Shown: piece after piece, positions 29,801 through 38,800 of the stretch
Layout: each line of letters opens with the position of its first letter
How positions within the stretch are numbered: position 1 is the first letter of the stretch
Assembly: GCA_903813345.2 (NCBI GenBank)
Contig: CAIIXF020000001.1
Location: 16,554,001-16,618,000 of the forward strand
DNA from: Owenia fusiformis
Lineage: Eukaryota
DNA: 64,000 nt
Direction of reading: 5' to 3'
Notes under the pieces: generated by a model
Told to the model about the DNA's origin: nothing
The model's input: the letters and a program-made list of their open reading frames with translations, nothing else
Database searches by the model: none
Translations under genes and position numbers: made by a program

Positions 29801-32800
29801 GTATCTCACACTTTAAATCAAATATACAGTATTTCATATAACGATAAAAAATAATATGATTGATTGCATATCTTAAATGAATAATCAAACAGATAGTACC
29901 CTTCACATTCTACACTTGATGGTATATGTAGTTTGTGAAAGATAAGATTTTTCGATTTTCCATAAATATATGATTTGGATGGACACAATAGGAATATACT
30001 ATGGTTTTGAAAAAATATCATTTGTATCCATGAGTGTATATTGATATCTTCACGAGTGAGCACGGCGAATGAGTGAAGATATCGATATCCATGAGTGGAT
30101 ATTGAAAAACATGAAAAGAAATATTGATAAAATCTAAACCATCGAGTATCACATTTTGAGAAGTGATATTCGATAGTTTGAGAAGTGATATTCGATGGTT
30201 TGGGGAATTTTTGCTATAAAATGATATCTTGATCAACATATCAAATATAACTTCGCCTGATATTCGATCTATATCATTGTAACCATGGGATAAGATTGGA
30301 TTATATCTTTAACAGGCGTATAACTAACTTCCAAATCGAAAAACTTATTGTCATTAAATTATGCAACAAAAAACTTGTGTGTGGTACTCAAATAAAGTGT
30401 CTCGGCACATCAACAATGTTCTGAATGCCAATTGGTCAACTGTAAAGAGCAAAGTCTAGAACTGACAAATGGAAATAAAACATTATTGATTTTTGATTCG
30501 ATCCTGAACTTTGTCTTACATCTTTATATTATAAGAACTGCTTATCAGACAGTCAGCAACACAAAGCAACACAAGAGAAAGGAATAGCTCCGATATGAAT
30601 GCATCCATTCTCATCCAAGGTGTAATTATGCTGGTATATATCAGCATAATTGATGCTTATGTGCCGCTTTGTAAGAGGCACCAGATTCAGACGCTAACGG
30701 AAGAACTGGCAGAAAGAGATACAAATATTCAGGGAACGCTAGGCGATCTCAGTGCGTCCGTTTTGAGCATAGAAAGAGCAATTGCAGTTAGCAATGCCAT
30801 AAATAGTGCAGCCTACAATCACATGACAGCCAAGTTTGGTGACCTAATTGACATGTTTGAGGATAGGATTCGAAATCTGGAGGAGAGTTGTACATGCAGG
30901 CATCTTACGACACGTGAGGATGTTTTTATAATCTGTTGTAGTCATGAAGCGATAATGTGATACTTTTTTCATAATTATCTAATTCAATGATAGTCCCAGC
31001 TGATACATAACATTGAATGTATTGAAATGTCATTAAACAATCATTAAACAAGAAAACATTGAAATTTCAACAACTATAAATTATAAACTTTCATTGAAAA
31101 TAAAGTGACTGTAATGACTGGAATAGCATATTCATACAATCATTAAAAAGAAAACGTTGAAATCAACTGTTTGACTTATGTTGTTCGAAATCATGGTTCG
31201 CGAAATAGTGTATCAATAACATTATAGTATATTACTTTAGATGAGTGATATGTCATTTTTGAAACTGAATTAGCAATCCAGTGGTATATCATACACGAGA
31301 AATACCTGATGAATTATAAAATGAGCATGGACATGAAGGTGTACTCGTTATTTGACCATGTTTGTGTGTAAAGTGTATGATTGTGTAGTGTATAAATTAA
31401 AATTCTTAAAATAAGAACTTGATAGCTTCTGCAAAAGATCATTGCGAACATTTAAATATAAATGTTTGGGTATTTTGGGTAAAGGGGGTGCCATTTCTCC
31501 ATTTATATTTTATGTAAATTCAAATTGTTTACTCTAAAACACACAGAAATTAACTTTCTGCTAAAATACCCAAAAGAAAATACTTTGTTCGGAAACTAAG
31601 CAGATGAATGCGCCAATTGCTACAACAATCAAATCAGATTGTAGTTTGTAAAAATAGAAAGCAATAGTGTGACACAGTCCCATGTAAGTTCATCTTTCTG
31701 GTTTATATAATAGCTTAAAACAACTTTTTTCATTTAATTTTATTCATTCCTTGAAAAAGACTTGTGGACACAAGTCGAAAATCTTGATGTAATAAAATTG
31801 TTTTCTTTGTGTGACATATTTTTCAGTTTAAACCTTGAGAAAAAATTTTGTTTCAGAATTTCTCTCAACAACAAAAGCACCAGAAAACCCAGAAGTAAAG
31901 ATACGAGTAGAAACAGCAGAATCAACTAGAATGCCAACAACTACAACAACAACGGAAAGAACAACACAAACAACTACTAAAACAACACCAACAACAACAG
32001 AAAAAACAACCCCCACCACCGTCACAACAGTAAAAACAACCCCCACCACCGTCACAACAGTAAAAACAACCCCTACCACCGTCAAAACAGTAAAAACAAC
32101 ACCAACATCAACAACTGTGAAAACAACACCAACATCAACAACAGTAAAAACAACACCTACATCAACAACAGTAAAAACAACACCTACATCAACGACAACT
32201 ACTACAACAGTAAAACCAACACCAACTGCAACATCGAAAGTAGAAACAACACCAACTACAACCACAACAGTAAAAGCAACACCTTCTTCTACAACAACAA
32301 CAGAACCAACAACAGTAAAAGTAAAAACAACACCCACAGTGACTACAACAACAACTACAAAAGCAGCAACAACAACAACAGATGGAGAGGGAGATGGGAA
32401 GTGGAAGGGGGGTCAAAAACCGGGAAATGCAAAAGGACGTTTGGGAGAAACAACAGAAATGTATGACAGCTTCGATGTTTGAAAATGAATGTACATTTTC
32501 TTTACACATCAGTAAGCACAAATAAATGGAAACCTCGTTGGTGTTTTAATATTTATTAATCCCATTTGTATCTCAAGTGAATGATGTTTGTATAATATAG
32601 AGCAAAGAGTAAATTGGACAAAATAAATATATAATTTATTATCATTTTTCTCTTTCATATCTCAGTAATTAATGTGCAACGAAACATCAATTCAATAATG
32701 TATCCAATACTTAAATTCAGGCAATATAGCATATAATAGTAGGTATAAAACACATAAGATGCTTTACAAATGATCAAATCAACTCTCATCAACATGGAAG

Positions 32801-35800
32801 ATAAACAAACAAATAAACAAGTAAAAAGGCATTAACATGGAAAATGTCACCACCTTCCATTTGTTACTGACACCATACACCCGAACCCCGAATCTGGAAC
32901 ACCGTCCGCAAAAAATTGGAAGACTATAGCATCGCTTGTGGTGGTGACATAACAAAAACCAAATCTTACCCTGGTGCATAGTTACAGTGCATGATATCCC
33001 AGCCATCTCCACAGTCGTTATAACCGCATCCTACTAGGCTGGTTGTGGCCCACACGAGGGCAGTATAGTGCCCGCAGACAGCATTGCATGATGGTCCACT
33101 GTACGAATAGTCTTTATACTCATTGTACCAAGCATCAAATGACCTATAAAATGAAATCATGATCCAATATAAATTGTGTAACATTTTTTTCAATGATAGA
33201 TATTTTGTTTTGAATTGTTTTACAGAAGACGCACCACAGCAATTAAAAAAATACAAATCTTTTTTGCCTCTATCGCATTTGCCGCAGTGGTTGTAGGCTC
33301 AAAAATGCCTTCGACCAAAAGCGAACATTCCCAAGGTCACATACTGAATAGCAGCAGTAGTCACATATGTGGCAAAACCACTATGATGGAACCACTATGA
33401 TGAAAATGATGATAAGTAAACAATGCAATTATAAAACTTACTGTCGAATACCATAATTTCCTGCATAGTTTTGCCCTACAAATGGATACGGCTTAAACAT
33501 CCTCTCTTCATTGGTGTCATGTCCCTTTAAGCATGTATCAGCACGTCCTTGGGCACTTTTCTCCAGTCTATCATCCCATTCCTTAAAAATGTAAAGACCA
33601 TTTGCTTGGTACCAAGTTAAGTCAATCCTGGCAAACACGTGCGACCCCCCCCCCCCCCCCACAAAAACATAACCAATAAAAATGAAACCACTAGATAGAA
33701 GAAGAAAGGAACTTTGAAATGCTTTTTATTTGAAGCTGAATTTTGAAGGAAATTGCATCAATTTTTGTAAACTTCAAATCAAATCTAAACTTTTTTTTGG
33801 CTCGCTCATACCACGTTCGCACCCCCCCCCCCCCCCCTGACTGAAACCCCAAGTTTTGCGATCGCACCCCCCCCCCCCTGACTGAAAGCTGGCTACGCCC
33901 CTGTCACATAATCTACATCTACATTACCACCCCGGGTGATCAATATCCTGTGTTCCGAATTTCGTTCCAGCAAGTCAGTGACCCGAGTTGTGTTTTACTG
34001 AATCCCGACAAATATGGCGGCTAATTTGACAACAGACGATGTTGATGTCGACAATTATTCAAAACTTTCTGACAGCATAAGGTAAGACTGAATATAGAGT
34101 GGCGCATTCGGTGCCTAAATATGTTTGCAACATTTTCTTAGTTGTTTATCCATATGCGTTGGGCATTACTGCTAATCGAAGCATAAGTAAACGTGACCTC
34201 ATTTTCAACGCTCGCTGGAAAGTATGTCACCGAGCAGTTTTTGACCTTCTGTTAGTTAATGAGATAAACTGTTATCATGGTATAATTGCTGGGTAGACGT
34301 TCAAAGTATGTACCAACTCATACTTCCAGTGAATGTAAACCATTTCTTTGCATAAGCGTCCTAGAAGGCATAATAAGATATATTCCATAGTACCGAATAG
34401 GAATCGCCAGTGTTCCGACGCACTTCATGGATAAATGCTCATAGACTATTGAATCATAATGAACAGAAGCAGTGTATACTCACGTGTGATATCTTAATTT
34501 ATCAAAAATAAGAATTGAATGCATTTGATAATATTGATACTTTGCCAACTTGACTGATTTTTTTCTAGTCTGAGTAATTAATAAATGAGTAGTGGATTTG
34601 ATTAATTGAGGATTTCCCATGTTAAAATATGTGAAAATTGTCAAGAGGCCACACACATCAGAGGATGAGAGTACAATACAACATGTGTAAATTATGAGAC
34701 TATGTTGCAACACCTTCAAAGAATGGTCATTTCACAATCCACATTGCACATACTGTAGCAGGCATTTTTATGATATATTTTAACATTGTCACAAAAACCA
34801 GGGATTGACAAAAAATATAGCATATCATATAGCAGGTATATGCCAGGTATTGTAATATATTTCAACGTTGTCACTGTTAGAGTAGGCATTACAATTTACC
34901 CATAAAAATATAATAATATTGACAACAGGCTAAAAAGTCTTCACTTAGTAAGCCATAAATGTCACATAAAGGCGACGGTCACACCAGGCTTTCACGATAG
35001 CATTGCTAAGGTAATAGTCCCTGGTATGACTTCCGAATATGAAGGATCCGTAGCACACTATAGCGCAGCAACATTTGAAGCAATATTTATGAAGGTGTAT
35101 AGGTCTTGATTCTTTTATAATACCATTTGCCGAAAAAACTTCCGGCTTTCGGGTCGAAAAATGTATTTCATCACAAGGGGTCAAAAAACGTAAATATTTT
35201 GATTCGAACTTTTATAAATTTTATAAGACACAGACCGTTATTCTAAGCATACGAACAAAAAAATTGATTATCATAATGTCAAAATTACTATGATTTTACT
35301 GTAGATGTCGGTGTTTAATTAGTGTAATTACACAAGTGTGTTTTTCAGATTTTGTTTGATTTTTCAAATATGAGCTAAGCCGATTCAACAAAATTGTATG
35401 GAATATTTAGGTAATTTTTTTTGATTGGGAACGTATTCGTTTTCCGGGTAGTTTTCTTACCAGTTAAAACATTTTATTACCAGAATTTTTCCATATAATC
35501 GTAAAGGGTCTAACAACAAATTATTGTTGATGTTTTATAAAACATAATAAAATAACAAATAGGTAAGATTCATATCTAATTCGATGTTACAGAGGTATTT
35601 GCATGTTCATATATTCCAAGGGCATGTCTAATAATCAATTAGAGTCATATGCAGTCGAACGCCTTACAATTCTTCCTCGACGTTAGTTGTGGCTATCATC
35701 AAGTTTTCTGATGGTTGTTTCTTCTTTGACCTTACCGAAGGATGCAATCAAATTTTAGGAAGATAATGATAACGATTTTTCTCAATTATTCATGAATTCG

Positions 35801-38800
35801 ACCAAGTCTTGATGGTTGTTTCATAAGTAACTGAGCTATTTCTAACTACGAGAAATGGAATTTTAGCTGTAGTCGCAATTAGTCAAGGGAGAGCAATAGG
35901 CCCACCTTTATTGATAATGTTCACCGCTGAATAAAAGTTCATATCTTAAAACGTATTGAGACCCATTTTGCGAAAAACTAGCATAATTTAAGCATTTGTC
36001 ATTCTAATAGAAAAGTGATTCATTTGTAGCATTTATCTTATTAATACCCGAGAAACAATACAAAATGTCGATACACTGATGACATAATCTTTTGGTATTG
36101 AATAGAAAAATAACCTCAAACTTTTAGCTTAGAAACCTAAATCATATACTTAAAATCATATTTTATTATTTGCTATTGCATTGTGTACTCCAAATTGTAA
36201 AAGTTTGGAAGTTTATTTTTTGGAAATTTTTTGACCTCTGTTAATGGCAGGCATAATTTAGCCTTAAAGCCGGAAGTATATTAAACGGTTATAATAAAAA
36301 TTATTAGGGGACATATGTAGGTATGCTTATGTTAGGTCAAATATCGCTGCGCTATAGTGTGCTACCAGCTCCTTTATTAGACGTCCTAGAGATTTCATAC
36401 CATGGACTATAATGGCAGGATCCATGCATAATTTATTAAATCAGGCCCGCAGATAGGAGGGGGGGGGCCTGGTCAGATATTCTCTCAAAAACTTGCAGTT
36501 TTTCACCATTCTGAGCACTTTTCACATGATTTTTTGCCAAAACAACAGATGCCAGCCAGATCATACTTATAGTAGAAGGCTAGGCTCAAATAAACCTCAA
36601 ATTGAGGTATTATCATTGAGATACTGATACTATACATACATACGATCGTGCTATCAAAACTGTCAAAAAGCCCCACCCCCCCTTGGCAAAAACTCCACCC
36701 TTGGTAAAACCGCTCACCAATGGTGAATCCTGGATACGGGCCTGTAAATGGTCATCGTGGTTGTACCAGACAGCAATGCAATGTTTTGATTTGCACACAT
36801 TTTTTATTTTTAAAAATCTAATTGAGAGCATCCTAATCATGTGAAAAGTTCAATTTTTTTTGAATAGTTATATTCCTTCTATAAAGTGGGTACACTTTTT
36901 GGGACACCCTGTATTTGCAGTTCAATGCCAATGTGGAAATCAATATACAGGGAAATTCGATCTTGAATTTGTAAAATAATAACAAGAAAGGTAGCACCAA
37001 ATTAGCTTGATGTATTCATGAATTGGATTCTCAAAAGTATACAAAATATATATAATCTTATTCTGTAGCTTCGGGACAATGGCGATTCCTATTCGGTAGA
37101 ATGGAATATATCTTTCAACGACTTCTATGACGCTAATGAAAGGAAATAGCTTGGATTCAAACATAGCACAAGTTGAGACATACTAATAAGGTATACTTTA
37201 CAGTTATACAATGCTCAGAGTATCCATCATTACTTACAGAAGGCAAAGAACGACTCGCTGATATCGTTTTCTGCGAGCTTTTCGAATTGGGTCATGTTGG
37301 TTTCATGCTTCGATTTGCATTAATAGCCTACACATATGGATAATCGTTTATGAACATGTTGAAAACATATTCCAGCACCGAATGCATTACTCTATATTCA
37401 TTCTTTCCTTATGCTATCTGATTTGTTTGACACATTTTCGTCACCTGGCTCGTCGAGACGCCATATTCATCGGGATTCAGTAAAAACACAACTCGGGTCA
37501 CTGACTTGCTGGAACGAAATTCGGGACACAGGATATTGATCACCCGGGGTGATTACACTCTATGCAGATGTAGACTGTGGGAAATATTATGCGCTGTATA
37601 AAAACGACAATTTCAAAATCTAGGTAGGGGATGGGTTTAATGCATGGGTACCGCGTCGATAGAGACACTTGACTACACATATGAGTATATTTGAAGTCCC
37701 AAAATGGCTCAGTTTCATAAATATCCACCAAAAATTCAAAAATGACAGTTGCCTCTGCTTCAAACGCACATTTCTGCCGCACCAAATATTTCCCACAGGC
37801 TCCGTCTGCATCGGGTGCATTACATGCATTAAAGATATGTGAGTGAAGATCCAATCTTAGATGAAAAATTTAAATATGAATACCATAAGGAAAAACACTT
37901 ATGTAAGGGATTGAAAAAAACGAATTCATTGATGCTTTACCAACCATGTTGTAATTTTTCTGAAATAATTGTGCTGGATAATCCGGTTGATTGTGCCAAC
38001 TTCGAATTTGATTGTGCCAATTTTAATAAACGTCTAAGGCATAACATGAAGATCATCAGACTTCAAAGTTTGGTAAGTACGAAAAGCCTACGCAAATGGA
38101 CCAGACAGGGTATTTTAGCTTAATAAGGGTATGAGCAGCATTTCGCTTGTGGGAAATATGATTTCGGTGGAATATCCATTAGTTTTAGTTGTTTGGTTGG
38201 TCAGAGGGCTTTTTGAAGCTTTACATAACAATTTAGTTACTAGGCTAACCCTATTATATATGCATGATGCATAAATAACAAAAATTGGCATTGAAGGTCT
38301 TTCTCAGTGAATATAAGAAAAAGTCGACCGGAGATTACTTCTCAATAAAAAATAAAACTGAGAATATTTTACCATGAGTCACTATGCAGTATGCATCGTG
38401 CGATGCACATCTAAATGATGTAAAATGTCAAATCTAGCTACCATTTGTTACAGACGCGGACCGCCGAATGCCGAACACCAATCGGCGGACGCCTCGCCCT
38501 TAAGAAAAAAGCCATGGTAACCATGGTATTCCATGGTGCGCCCATGGTAATCCATGGTTTTCTATGTTATTTTCCATGGAAATTCATGGACGCCCATGGT
38601 AATCTTCCATGGATATTTACCATGATTTTCCGTGGTAATTGTTGGTTTGGTAATTAGTTTTTAATGGATGTGTCATGGAGATGTAAAATCAACAATTTTG
38701 GTAGGATTTGTATTTACCAAAATCTCCAAAATGAATGTTTTGATGATATATCCCAGTTAGACTGAGACTTATCATTGAGAAAAAAGGGTGGACTTTTCAT

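Larger units (their letters stand above)
33928..37551. mobile_element. 3.6-kb non-autonomous DNA transposon with CAC...GTG termini and a 5-bp TSD (Transib-like signature)
   Basis: ATTAC|CACCCCGGGTGATCAATATCCTGTG...CACAGGATATTGATCACCCGGGGTG|ATTAC, with ~90-bp near-perfect TIRs. No transposase ORF was found. Confidence 0.85.

Noticed and set aside
30035-30095. Hairpin GATATCTTCAC...GTGAAGATATC as a possible structured ncRNA
   Set aside because: More likely the subterminal palindrome of a repeat. There are no tRNA/snRNA features and no element boundaries could be defined.
31828-32521. - strand Val-rich and Cys-rich ORFs resembling membrane or metallothionein-like proteins
   Set aside because: Antisense shadows of the ACA-rich Thr codons of paralog C exon 2.
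32779-32965. Alternative nearby CAP terminal exon that would remove the nesting
   Set aside because: It would need an implausibly short (~45 nt) intron and does not supply the GN..PY..G..C motif, which exon 21385-21273 provides in the correct phase.
34620-34680. CENC...H stretch inside the CAC element as a possible RAG2-like PHD remnant
   Set aside because: Too short, followed by a stop, and no other RAG1/RAG2 motifs are recognisable.
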